Assembly: GCF_008831285.2 (NCBI RefSeq)
Contig: NC_045138.2
Location: forward strand, 42,656,001 to 42,720,000
Length of the DNA stretch: 64,000 nucleotides
Direction of reading: 5' to 3'
Source: Nymphaea colorata
Lineage: Eukaryota
How positions within the stretch are numbered: position 1 is the stretch's first letter; each line of letters begins with the position of its first letter. The notes beneath the pieces were generated by a model. It saw nothing but the letters and a program-made list of their open reading frames with translations. It was not told where the DNA came from and did not search any database. This document shows, in pieces, positions 13,958 through 26,300 of the stretch. The position numbers were made by a program, and so were the translations under genes.

Positions 13958-14274
13958 TGAAAGAAATGAGAAACAAGAGAGAGAGGAGATGACGACTCAA
14001 GAGGATGAGTAACTCTCTTGCATTGTTTTCTGCAAGAGTATTTCTTCTCTTATATAGTATGATTTGTAAAACGTTACAAGACTTGGGATAAATACAATGT
14101 GTAGTCTAAGTATGGTAGTACAACAACAATATAACGTTTGAGAGGTAACGTTAAGTTTGAATTCAAAACTTTCTTTCCTTTGTTGAGTAGCTCCTCCATC
14201 TAGTGGTCTCTTGCCAAGTTTAGTGGATTCAATTTCCACTGATTTCTCCTTAACATCGTGGAGAATCTTTCACA
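13958..14274 (-). repeat. 3' LTR of Copia #2
   Basis: tgaaagaaatgag...ctttcaca; direct repeat of 22400-22718 (roughly 93-94% identical by eye). Confidence 0.95.
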
Positions 14275-14299
14275 CGCTCCCACAAGCTGAGCGTGGTAG

Positions 14300-17200
14300 G
14301 GACAATGCTCAGCTTGTCTCCAAATTCTTTGAACTTAGCAGATCCAAGAGGTTTGGTCAGTCCATCTGCTATTTGCTTGGATGATCTAATAGACTTGATT
14401 GAGATATTTCTTTTTGATACGTGATCTCACACAAATTGAAAATCAACTTCGATGTGCTTTGTACGAGCATGAAAAATAGGGTTCGCTGCTAAGTATAATG
14501 TCCCTATATTGTCGCACCACAATATTGGAGTTCCAGTGCATGACATTCCCAATTCGATCAGTAGGGCTCTCAGCCATAAGAGTTCCACAGCAGCACATGC
14601 AAGAGAATTATATTCAGCTTCTGTACTTGAACAAGCCATGGTTCGTTGCTTCTTAGATGCCTAGGAGATAGGATTATTACCCAAGAATGTTACACATCCA
14701 CCTGTTGATTTTCTATCTTTAGCACTTCCAGCCCAGTTGGCGTCAGCAAATGTGCTTAAGTAAAGATGATCTGAATTTTGAATGCATAATCCAAGCTGGC
14801 TTGTGCCCTGTAAATGTCTGAGAATCTGCTTGATGAGCCTCCAATGGTATTCCAAGGGTTGATGCATGTAATTACATGCTCGATTTACTGCAAATGTTAC
14901 ATCCGGACATGTCAGGGTAAGATATTGTACTGCACCCACCACGCTCCGATAGAGAGTAGGATCCGAGAAAGGAGCGCTAGATCCCGAAACATGACCAGCT
15001 GGCATAGGTGTTTGGACGGGTTTGGCATTTGTCATGTTAGCTTTTTGTAGTACATTGTAAAGATAGGTTCCTTGCCGAAGAACCAAATAGTTGGGCTGCC
15101 GAGTCACCTCTATGTCGAGAAAATATGATAAATCACCCAAGTCCTTGACTGAAAAGAATGCCCGAAGTTTGGCGAGAGTTAGATTTATGAGCTCATCAGT
15201 TGATCCAAAGATGATAACATCATCAACATAGACTAAAATATATATCTTTTCACATCCTTGGTGAAAAATAAAGAGAGACGCGTCTGATTGAGATATCTGA
15301 AATCTAATGTCGCTGAGAAAAGTACTCAGGTGTTAATACCATGCTCGAGGGGCCTGCTTTAATCCATACAATGCTTTGTTGAGTTTGCAAACATGAGATG
15401 AAAAACTTGGATCTTCAAACCCTTCTGGTTGGGTGATGTAAACGTCTTCATTAAGTAAGCCATTTAGGAATGCATTATCAAAGTCGAGCTGGCAAAAAGA
15501 CCAAGCATGTTGGACAATGATGGGCAGAATGATGCGAATTGTGGTGGGCTTAACTGTGGGACTGAAAGTCTCAAAATAGTCTATCCCGGCTTCTTGTGAG
15601 AATCCTTAAGCAACTAGACATCTCTTGTACCTTGAATTGGAACCATTAGCAGTGCGTTTAATCTTGTATATCCATTTAGTATCAATAATATTATACTCTG
15701 GCCATCGTGGTACTAGATTTCAGGTTTGATTTTTATGCAGCACATGTATTTCTTGTCGCATAGCATTAATCCAATGAGTAATACTGCTGGCTTCCTTGAA
15801 TGTGACTGGCTTCTGTTCGATTCCCATCTTTATTTGAGTGGGAAACATCTTGGGTTTGAGAGAACTTGTCATAGAACAAGTGACCATTTGATGTGACTGA
15901 GATGACACACCTTTTATAGAACGGGTGATCCTTCTATGCAAGTGTGTTAATGACCATCGAGCAGTGGTGATGGTGTCTTGGCTTCCCTTTGTGGACGGTT
16001 GATCTGGAACAGCAGTAATATGTGGTATGTCTGGTTGAGTTTGGATTGCTTTGGTCTAAGCCTCACTCGGTTGGCCTTCTATATTGATTGCTAGTGGAAT
16101 GATGACACTTTCTGTATGAGAGTCGCTCACTGCGGTTTGCCCTGGGTCTGTTGTATTGCATGCACTATAAGGAGAAGAATGAAAATGAAATTGAAATGCC
16201 CATTGTTGAAGATCAGCCTCTTGAATCGAGATATCACTAGTGTTGCTGGAGCCTTTAGAGTGCTCGTCAGAAAAAACATGTTGAGAAATTAGCACTTGCC
16301 TTGATTTGGAATCTAGACATATATATCCATTGTGCCGACTCCCATATCTAATAAAAATGCAAGGAGTTGTCTTTGGTTGAAACTTGTTTTCATTACTTAA
16401 CGTCAATAATGGATAGCACTTGGATCCAAAAACTCGAAGAAAACTATAATTGGGAAGTTGATTGAATATCATTTGAAACAGTGATGTCCGATCTAGTTTG
16501 ACAGTGGGCAGCCAATTGATTATATAGACAACCTTTCTAAAGGCTTCCACCCCAAACCGATGATGAAATTGAGCATCATGAAGCATACTTAATCTGGTTT
16601 CAACTACATGTCAATTTTTTCTTTTCTACAATCCCGTTTTGTTCAGGTGTATATGGGCATGAAAAATGGTGCATAATTTCCTGGTTTTCCAACTCGTTTT
16701 CAAGATTTCTATTGCAAAATTCCCCTCCATTAACTGATTGAACAGTTTTGATGGTAGTTCCCAACTGGTTTTCCACAAGAGTTTTGAAACTGACAAAACA
16801 CTGATATACGTCACCTTTATTTTTCAATGGAAACAGCCAAGTAAAGCAGGAATAGTTATCAATAATCAATAGAAAATACTTAAAAACATCTTGGGATTCC
16901 ACCAGGGCTGGTCCCCAAACATCCAAGTAAAGGAGTTCAAGAGGTTTAGCGGCATGAAAAGACGACAAGGGAAATGACAACTTGTGCACCTTTCCGATTA
17001 GACAATGTTCACACACCTTTTTTAGAATAGGACTGTTTATTGAGATGTAATTGAGAGCATTAAGCAAAAATAATATGTTCCTATTAGCATGTCTGAGTCA
17101 CCGATGTCATTCCTCATACGACCCTCGAACCTTCTTCATTTGTCGAGCCACACACGCCTTCTTGATGTCATCACTAGATCTAGTCTTTACTTGAATCGAG

Positions 17201-17715
17201 TAAAGACCATTACTAGTTTTCAGTCCTCGAAGAAGTATTGTTCCTGTCTTGTGGTCCTTGATCACAAATTCAGATAGAGTAAATTAAAAAATGCAATCAT
17301 TATCAGATGTAAAACGACCCACAGAATCAGATTGTGTGTTATCTTGGGAACACAATCTATTTTTCAAAATAAAATCAGTCCCTTGAATATTAACCTGTAA
17401 GTCCCCTACGTGAGAAATAGGGAGGAACTAACTGTTTCCAACCATTATGGATTCTGAGCCTGAGTATGTCTGTTTGTTCTCTAGATTTTCGTCATTTGCG
17501 ACAATGTTATTGGTTGCCCCAGTATCTGGATACCAATACTCGTCACCTGATTCTTGTAATGTTAGGGTTGAGAATGCGCAAGGATTAATATCCCAGCACG
17601 TCTTGGCTGTGTGACCCTTACGGCCATAATATTGACACTCGATGATCTTCTTAGATGGCAAGGCAGTTTGCTGGTGGTTTGGTTGTGAAGAATTGTTCAG
17701 CTGAAAACCAGTCAT
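14300..17715 (-). pseudogene. Copia #2 pol and gag C-terminus (zinc knuckle, protease, integrase, RT, RNase H), disrupted
   Basis: [115 protein letters not shown]. Confidence 0.93.
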
Positions 17716-18566
17716 TTGGGTAGTGTTTGATGGCCAGGAAATGTGGAATTGGAAATATATTTCTGGAAATATATTTCCTGGAATAAAGGAATGAGAAAAA
17801 TCTTTCCGATTCCCATTTTGATGTGTGTATGATGACTGAGAAATATATTTCCAGTGTTTGATGATAAAGAAATATATTTCCAAATTTCTAGATTATTTCT
17901 TAGTTTGATAATAAGAAACCATACTTCCAGATTTACATAATCTTTTGATATAGTTTCTTAAACACACAGATAAATTGTAAACCATCTACCAAACCATGAC
18001 CAGCGATGCAATGAACCTGAAGATCAACTACTAGTTATTCAACAACTATAATCTTAATATGATAACAGCACATTTTGGCTTGTGATACGGGTGTGTTTGT
18101 GTGTGTGCTTGTGATAACAGCACAAAGCCAAGTGCGTGTGTAGAGTATCCACTAATGTCCATTTTGTCTAGTGTGAACCATTCCTGCTCTTTTTTATTTG
18201 TTTTGGGCAGTATGAGCAATGACTAAACATCCTTCAATCTCAGCTTTTTCCTTTCACATTCTTATGAAGAAAACGTGACATTTCCAAATGCACCAAACAA
18301 CAGCAACAAAAATGAGTCAACAAACTTCTCTCACCAAAGAAAGCAAAAAAGCTCACAACTAAGAATCAAGGTTGGAAAATTTTATCATTACATATAATCC
18401 AAAGGTTCAAGTTTATGAATCTCTTCCCTTCTTCATCCAGGACCAACAAGCCAGAATGAGAGAAGGCCTACGAAATGTATATAATGAGAAATACGAAAGC
18501 AAAAATTTAAGGATATGAGTTGCACTCACACTTACAAACATAAAGTCAATTTTTTTTTTCACTTAC

Positions 18567-18794
18567 TCAGGAAACATGACACATGGATCAATCATAATAT
18601 AACGATCATAATGCCTCACAAGCATGCAATTCATTCCAATTTCTCCAGGCCACCAATTGGGAGAATACGCAAAGGTGGACCACCTGGTCCCTCATAAAAT
18701 TGCTCCATTTTTCATTGGACTGCATCCTTTATACTTTTTCCAGCCCCCTCCAACTTTCCAGAATTTTTGGAAGACAATTTTGATGTTCGAGCAC
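18567..18794 (-). pseudogene. RNJ: Captured exon of plant (chloroplast-targeted) ribonuclease J, start of the metallo-beta-lactamase domain
   Basis: Translates as [47 protein letters not shown](L,-1 nt)[26 protein letters not shown]. This matches the plant RNase J motif I recall ([44 protein letters not shown]). Bounded by an AG acceptor and a GTAAGT donor. Confidence 0.9.
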
Positions 18795-21119
18795 CTTAAG
18801 CAAGCAAACAAATGCTTTAGGATTCCAAAATTATTAGAAGAACTAAGAAGAAGCATTTAAATGATATAGGCAGTGGTAAACTTTTGACATCATATCCAAT
18901 ATGAATGGAAACATCACTTTGTTCCACACTTGAAAACATGAAATTCGGACAATATCACTCTTGCCTACTTCTTTCCACAAACTCCAAATCAGATAATTTG
19001 ATTGCCATACATAGATGACAACAGAGCAGCCTCGTAGATGATCCTATCCAGCTTTCCAAGCTTCCAACGCTCCAAACTATTTATACTGGGCAACCACAGT
19101 TAAAACTTTTTGGCATAAAAGCCAAAGTTGCATTTTCATGGCCAGTATCATTAAGATCAAAATTTTCCATATTAAGAAAGAAAATAGAAAAATCCTGCTG
19201 AAACACTTTCCAAGTTTGAAAAGAAACCCATTCAATCTAAACTGATGTAAAAGAAGGATATGATCAGAGCTAAAATCTCAATGTCTCAGTGAGACACCAT
19301 TACAGGCAAGAAAAAATGACCAGCCAAATCTGTGTTGTGCATTCTAGTCAACTCATGTCAGTATATATTTATAGACTTATTTTCTAAAAGCAACAATTCA
19401 TTAACCATTCAATTTTGAAGAATATTTGTAAAAAAAGGGACCATTTGGCTAATTGACATTCTTGTATGATCTCCATTTACAAACATGAACATGCAATTTT
19501 ACAAAATTTTCAACTTGTCAAACAAATTTTGATTGTAATTTGTAATGCATTACTGTCACCTAGCCAGAGAAGAAGAAGGGGAACGAAGGATTATATTGGC
19601 TGAAACTCTACATGACTAAGGAGGAAATTCACAGATTAAGCTGGTCAAAGACTCAAAGCTACATACAGATTGCAAACTCCCAAAGATACAACATAAATTG
19701 GCTCAGATGTTCATGTTCTTCACTGTTACCTCGGTTAGCTCACCTTATTGGCTGCTCTTTGCTCATGCCTTTTACTTGCCAGTTGACTGTGACTTATGAC
19801 TCCACAAGAAACATTCTAGGTATACCATGAACACAGGGAAAAAGAAAAAAATATCTTGAGCTTCCCAAAATTTAAACTTTTGTTCATAAATCCTATAAGC
19901 TTGCCAAACAGTGATAGAATACCCCTAGCTTGGGTGAAACTAATGTTGTATGTTAGAATATGTATCAGGAAATTTTCAGGTAAACTGGTCTGTGCAGCAA
20001 ATTTTTCAACTCAGATTTTTCTACATACTTTACATACTAAAAGGTCGTAGTGTGAACAACGTTCTCCAATTACCTGAAAGAAGTTTTGATTGCCATTAGA
20101 AGACTAAATGGAATTGAGAATAAGATCAGGATTCATACAAAGATACAATGGACGTAAGGCAAAACAAGTCCTTTCTGAACCCCTTTGTTGCAGCCTTCAA
20201 ATAAGAAACGGGAATTGGGCGACTAAAACAATCGTCACAAGGAAAGAAACCTAGGCCATTCCATTGCATGTTGTGAATGTCAGGGAAATGAAATGAAAAC
20301 CTCCCAAGTGTAATTAGAGGACGAATAGTGGAACAGGGCAGATGTTGCTAATCCCAACATGGGTGCATTTAGATACTTGAATATGTAGAAAAAATCACAA
20401 CAACGCCCCTTAAGCATCATGAATCTCAGAAGGAAAATCAATCAAGAACAGATGAACTATGTCTACCACTACCAACTTGATTCAGACAAGCATCACAAAG
20501 GTACATTGGAATCTAGATCAAGAAAAAGATTGGGCGCCTTCTTCAGACATCAATAATTCATCAAGTGAGAAAATGATAATGAAAAAAAATGAGGGGAAGG
20601 GGCATTTACGAGTATCCTTCATTCTTGAGCTCCCTCACCACACTACGGAGGCACTTTTCCTTGATCGACCTCAACGCCGACCTCAACACGGAGGCTCGCC
20701 AATGTTGCTCGAGGGTTTGTTAGAAGGCTTCCGAGGCACTTATTTTTGGGCTTGGACTCCGAAAGAGTTAAAAAGGAAAGCTGCTGCACTCAGTATGCAT
20801 TTTTTTTATTGCTTCAAAAGATTTTGCAATATTTGCATTTTATTTTTACCAAAAGAGCTCTCTTCAGTGGAAAACCATCCCCCTTAGTGGGCAGGAAAGC
20901 CATAAAAGGAACTAAATAAGTTGGAGAAGGCAAACCAGAAGGAACGGGAAAGGAAGAAAGATGATGCGGATTGGAAGAAATTTGTCTTTGCAAGAAGCTC
21001 TTTTAAAGACTATCAGAATCGGGAGTCGTTGCCAAAATCCTTGTTTCCCCACATGGAAGCCGCTGCACAAACGAGAGAGGAAGAGACAAAAGACTTGTTC
21101 TTCAGCAAGGGTGAAAGAG

Positions 21120-21305
21120 AGAAGGAGGGGAGCAGGAGAGTGAGAGGGCCAGAGAGACGATGAGGGGAGCAAGAGAGTGAGAGGGCCAGAGAGACGATGA
21201 GGGGAGAAAGAGAGTGAGAGGGCGAGGGAGATGACGAAGGGAGCAGAAGAGTGAGAGGACCAGCTAGACGATGAGGGGAGGAGGAGGGTGAGAGGGCGAC
21301 AGAGA
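21120..21305. repeat. GA-rich imperfect tandem repeat (gagagtgagagggccagagagacgatgagggg-like units) in the TIR element
   Basis: About four degenerate units visible; they explain the spurious ORFs here. Confidence 0.75.
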
Positions 21306-21596
21306 TGGCGAGCAGCAGGCAGAAGGGAGGCAACGAAGGGAGGCAGCTGTGGGCCTGCGGCAGGAGGGAGCCGATGTGGGAGGCAATGCGTGGGTGCCCT
21401 AACGGGCAAAAAAAAAAAAACCCGAAAATATGTTTCCACCTCTGGCGGTGGAAACATATTTTCAGAACAAAATTTCCGGTTTCGACATTAATGGTAACAA
21501 AAAAATTTCCACGTTTGATAAACCAAAAATATTTTGAAAATTTGAATTTTTTTTCCTGGGCTACAATACATTTTCTGGCCATCAAACACTACCTTG

Positions 21597-22370
21597 CTGA
21601 TTATTGAATTGATTTTGGACCAGCAGAAGAGAATGGTTTTTACCACGGCCACCTCTTCCTTGATAAAAGCATCGACCACGCCCACGTCCGTGGGCTCGAA
21701 TGGTATTGAAGGCTGTTATAGTAACTTGCTTTTCCATAGGTGGCTCAGCAACATCATGTTTCATAAGTTGAAGACATGTTTCTTGATTCAGTAAAAGATC
21801 ATAAAGCTCAGCAAAACTAGGCATTTTTGTTGAGGACGTGACTATAGTGGTGACCGAACTCTCCTACTTTGATGGAAGTCCATTAAGCATGATTTGAACT
21901 AAATCTTCATTTGGCGTATGACAGCCAGCTGCATCAAGAGAATCAACTAAAAATTTAACTTTTTGCAAGTAAGAAATCATATCCGAGATACCTTTCTTGA
22001 TGAACATCAGCTCTTTCTTTAATAACATGATCTGCAATGGAGACAGCGAACCATAGGATTTTTCCAATGCCATCCAGTCTTCTCGCGCTGAGCGAGTCCT
22101 GATTATTTGACCAAGAACAGCTTCAAAAACGGTGCCTTTGATCCAGCTTAAAACCAATTGGTCTGATTTTTTCCATACGGCAAACTCAGGATTGAGTTCA
22201 TCTTTGCCATCTCTTAGAATAGTTTCTAATGGAGCTTCACCAGATCCATCAACAAACTTCATCAAATCTTGAGATATAATCACAGATTCAAGTTGACTCC
22301 TCCACAGCAAATAGTTATCTCTGTTTAGCTTCATAGAGACAAGGCTTGCAATTGACGAAGACGATGCCAT
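21597..22370 (-). pseudogene. Copia #2 gag (N-terminal/UBN2 region)
   Basis: MASSSS..MKLNRDNYLLWRSQL..FVDGS..WKKSDQLVLSWI..SAREDWMALEKSY..LNGLP; a stop at ~21864. Confidence 0.9.
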
Positions 22371-22399
22371 GTGCTTGATGGCAAGTGGCTTTGATACAA

Positions 22400-22718
22400 T
22401 GGAAGAAATGAGAAACAAGAGAGAGAGGAGATGACGACTCAAGAGGATGAGTAACTCCCTTGCGTTGTTTTCTGAAAGAGTATTTCTTCTCTTATATAGT
22501 ATGATTTGTAAAGCGTTGCAAGACTTGGGATAAATACAATGTGTAGTCTAAGTATGGTAGTACAACAATAATATAACGTTTGAGAGGTAACATTAAGTTT
22601 GAATTCAAAACTTTCTTTCCTTAGTTGAGTCTCTCCTCCATCCGGCAGTCTCTTCTTGCCAAGTTTAGTGGATTCAATTTCCATTGTTTCTCCTTGACAT
22701 CATGGAGAATCTTTCACA
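22400..22718 (-). repeat. 5' LTR of Copia #2
   Basis: tggaagaaatgag...ctttcaca, adjacent to PBS-like gctttgatacaa (cf. gctctgatacca). Confidence 0.95.
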
Positions 22719-23102
22719 AGGACTACCATTTGTTAGTGAAGTGGGGTTCATTAAGTTCAGTTGGGTTATTCATGCAAAATGAGCCAAATAAAGTTTCAAT
22801 AAGCTAGAAAGGAGGAACTTGAAACCTATTATAAGGTCAGGAAGGGGTATTTAGTTTTAATCTTTGCTTGGTAACCTCATTTATAAGTTTTTTCGATGGT
22901 TCATGACCAAACTAATAAAAATGACATAGGGTTAGCATAGAGTGTTAGGGTAGAGATCAACCATCTTGGACAACCTAAGGTAATGTGACTCTATCCAAGG
23001 GCTATGGGCCAGACCAGTTCGAACATGGATTAAAGTAGTACTAAAATCATGAAGATAGAGTAAAATGGCCATTTAATAGTGTGAAAATTTTGGGTGTTTA
23101 TG

Positions 23103-24378
23103 CATGGCCAACTGTGCTATCAACAAAGGAAGTCTATGTTTGATAAAGGGTAATCATCCTTAGGAATAGACTTGCTGCGTTCCTTGGAAACTGTGCATAT
23201 CCTGACCTTGTCGTTCTTATTAGGAACTATGACAATATTAGCTAACCATTATGGGCAGTCAATGGTTTTGATAAATTTAGCTTTAAGAAGGTCTTCCAGC
23301 TATTATTTGTCTTTATCTTCTACTTGAGGACCTAATTTTCTGAGTTTCTGCATCAATGGACAATTTCTTGGTTTGGAAATTAATCTATGTTCCACAAATT
23401 TGGATTGAATCGTTGCATATTCTCACACGTGTAGACAAATGCCTTTTTGTAGTCTTTGAGGAATTGGACTAGCTGTTCTTATCCTTGATTCAAACCGGCA
23501 CCTGTTTGGAGGATTCATAGCTCTTCTTCTATTATGCTGTTCACCCCTTTGGTTGGTTTACTCAGCATAGTTTGGGGTGGGTCCTCTTTATGAGTTTGGG
23601 TTACTTAGAGAAATCAGGTGCTTCTTCTTTCAGCACTTGATTATGTTTTGCCTGTGTTATTTCTTCTACATTCTATCTTTGCTTCTATATTTTATAAGCT
23701 TTGTTCTTTGTGCTTTCCTATAACTTGGAGATAAGTATGAGTCTCTAAATATGATGGAATACCAAAGAGGTTCCTGTAAAATGCCGTTAGATGAAATGAA
23801 AGAGAGAGAGAGAGACACATGATTTTAGACCAAGAACTGATCACACTTTTTTTATCAGATAAAAAGGAGGGGACCCTGCCATCCTTGCATTTAATGGAAG
23901 AAGAAAACTTGAGGAAACTAGGAAATCAAAGCAAAAACAAGCCCATTTCTTAGGCTTACCTCTTCTTCTTTTTCTCCATAGCTTTTCTCTTGTATCATAG
24001 ACTACTAACCTGCTCTACCATCAAGTGGCTCGATACGTTCATCCTCATTAGCTCCTAGACTTTTGTAGGGCTTTTCATCTTCATTATCTCAAAGACTTTT
24101 GTAGGGCTTATAGCCCATATGAGTAATCATGTGGGACCCCTTTAACATGCTTGAAAATTGTTCATACAATGGGTGTTTCAAGAACAATGACACACATATC
24201 CTTCCTCCTGTCTTATAGAAATTGTAGCATCTCCATTGAACTGCATTCATTTGACTGGTTGGTTGATCCATCCTTAGGCATGTCAAGTTGTTATTCTATT
24301 GATTTCTTGAGGTTGGTGTACATTGGGGACCTAGAGTATATAAGCAGGCCTTGGGATCATTGATTGGGGTAGTCTCTC
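23103..24378 (-). mobile_element. Ty3/Gypsy Tat/Ogre pol fragment (G-patch-like linker and RT N-terminus)
   Basis: Minus strand reads WLANIVIVPNKNDKVRIC..PKDDYPLSNID..VDSTVGH, plus EHRL..QKLRK and HMGYKPYKSL. Inverted homologue of ~30390-31530. Confidence 0.85.
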
Positions 24379-26300
24379 TATTGACATGTAAAATTTTTGC
24401 AATCTTATATGCAAACCGTATATATGATGTGAAATACATGTAGTCACCTCTGTTCCTTGTGTGAGATTTTGAGAAATGAGTCTTGACCTATCAGTATGAA
24501 TTCAAACTATTCCTGATACCTATACCAGGGGTAATAAGCCTAAGGACTAGACTAAATGTTCCAATTTGCAAGTCTAAATGTTGCCAAAAACCTAAGATAG
24601 GAAACATGCCCTAATTTTAAAATCATGTATGTTTTAAAATCTAAATAGATCTCAGAAATAGATAGTTGAATAAACTAAGAATCAATTTGATATGTTGTTC
24701 ATGTTTGGATCATCATTTATCAATGCAAATCAATAACCTAAATATACTATCACACATGCAAAATGAAGTCATATAGACCTAGAGTCTAGCTTTACTAGGA
24801 CTTGGGTGTAGGAGACCTATTAGAAAAATGGATCAAAATCTGAGGATTATAACATGACCTAAAAACATTTATTTGTTCTAAATTTGAAATAAGAGATGTT
24901 ATAGAAATCAAAATATCATATCATGTGATTAAGACTCATGATCCAAAATTCTTGGTCAAAGATCGAGTGAATTTGATTTTGTATTCATGTAATTTGATCA
25001 TCTAAAATCCAAATTTTGAGCGAATGGTTCAATTCGATGATTAACATGGTTTAAAATCCTATCTTGAATCTAATTATGTGACTATTGACCATCATAATCC
25101 AAATCTTTTTGTGTACAAGCTGAAATCCAAAACCCATGACCTGAGATTTGATATCTAAAATCTAAGGTTTGAGATGCAATTTGATATCCAAAATCTTAAA
25201 TAAAAAATCTGAGGCATAAAATCAAAGATCCAACATTTGAGACTCAAAGTCCAATACCTAGAATCTAAGATTCGTAATCTAACATTTATGATCTAAAATC
25301 CATGATCCCATGTTTACAATCCAAGATCTAAAATCCAGTACTTGAGATCTAAAACACAAGATCCATAATCCAGGATCCAAAATCTGAGATCCCTAATCTG
25401 AGATTCACAATATGAAATTTATAATCTGTCATTATGATTCTTGAGGTCTAAATCCGGATTCATGATAATATAATGTTTATAATATCAAATCTAACTAAAA
25501 TCTAGGATTTTGATTACTAGGGCTAGGTTGACCAGAGGATTAGGTTCAGTTTTGCCTAAGCTGGGTTTGGACATACCTAGGGGTGGTTTTGATTGTGGTG
25601 AATATGTTTGATCCTAGTCAAACCATATGATCCATAATATAATCTCAATTGGACTTATGTACATGGATATTGAGAAAATTGACTAGATCTAGGCCATGAG
25701 ACTAGGTTTATAGGTAGAGAGCTCTAAGATAGGTCTGGGTTAGGACTCAAAGAACTGAACTAAGATTAGAAAAGAAAGACCTAGGGTTTTTGAAATCATG
25801 TAAAAACTTAATTTTTGACAACATTTTAGAAAACTATGATTTTGAAATAGTTCCTGCATGCTATTAGCTAACCCCAACTTGGTTGCAGGCAAGGGGTGCA
25901 TGGGAGTGAAAGGTGATCTAAGTGCATGTTAAATAGATCTGCAATGCATGTCTAATATAATCATAAAAGAAATGCAATCTGTTATACATGATGCAAAAGC
26001 AAAAGATAAGAAATAATGGAATTGAAACAGAAAAAGAGAGAGAAACATACCATAAACAGGATGCATAAAGCAAAGCTGAAAACTCCATTGCAGATTCAGC
26101 TCAATTGCTGAGTGAGAATTTCATTTTTACCATGATGAAAAAGGAAACTCATGAATCCAACATAGAAACCACATATTTGGAATCTTTGAGAGCTATCCTC
26201 CATACAATGTACTTATCACATATATGTCATGTTACCACTTGAAATGTTTTTTTAAGACCACAAAGCACCACATTGAGCCTCATTAGCAATCTTTGATTGA
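24379..26300. mobile_element. Truncated Ogre/Tat-like LTR (right boundary approximate)
   Basis: Starts tattgacatgtaaaattt, like the 32256 terminus tattgaccatgtaaaattt, followed by the same gatcc/atccaa-rich block. Confidence 0.6.

Larger units (their letters stand above)
17719..21593. mobile_element. Non-autonomous PIF/Harbinger-like TIR transposon (Pack-type, 3875 bp) carrying host-gene sequence
   Basis: 26-bp TIRs ggtagtgtttgatggccaggaaatgt and acattttctggccatcaaacactacc (25/26 match). 3-bp TSD TTG (17716-17718, 21594-21596). Excision restores the Copia gag frame NQFNNQQ-MTGFQLNN. No transposase recognised inside. Confidence 0.88.
13958..22718 (-). mobile_element. Ty1/Copia LTR retrotransposon #2, structurally complete but decayed
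   Basis: Two ~318-bp TG...CA LTRs, perfect 5-bp TSD AGGAC (13953-13957, 22719-22723), degenerate tRNA-Met PBS next to the 5' LTR and a purine-rich tract next to the 3' LTR. Domain order is gag-PR-INT-RT-RH. Confidence 0.97.
9760..23102. mobile_element. Ogre/Tat-like long LTR-type non-coding sequence, host of Copia #2 (left boundary approximate)
   Basis: Non-coding, with the same compositional blocks as 32256-38197. Ends in aaattttgggtgtttatg, matching that family's terminal motif aaatttggggtgtcta(c)a. Split by the Copia #2 TSD. Confidence 0.5.

Noticed and set aside
13997..14239. Duplicated 80-aa ORF (also at 22439-22684)
   Set aside because: It is simply the two Copia #2 LTRs; no evidence of coding function.
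18567..18794. Functional RNJ gene, or bacterial/plastid DNA transfer
   Set aside because: Single exon with a stop and a frameshift; the catalytic downstream exons are absent; spliceosomal borders indicate nuclear-gene origin.
18800..18840. FGILK-like motif suggesting a Harbinger transposase
   Set aside because: Isolated, lies in intron-like DNA next to the RNJ exon, and no other DDE motifs were found.
20912..21607. ORFs of 100-190 aa on both strands
   Set aside because: Products of GA/CT-rich repeats near the TIR; no recognisable protein.
24900..25520. gatcc/atccaa-rich pseudo-periodic tracts (also ~32700-33160 and ~44000-44400)
   Set aside because: A recurrent low-complexity block of the Ogre-like LTR family, not an independent satellite or telomeric repeat.
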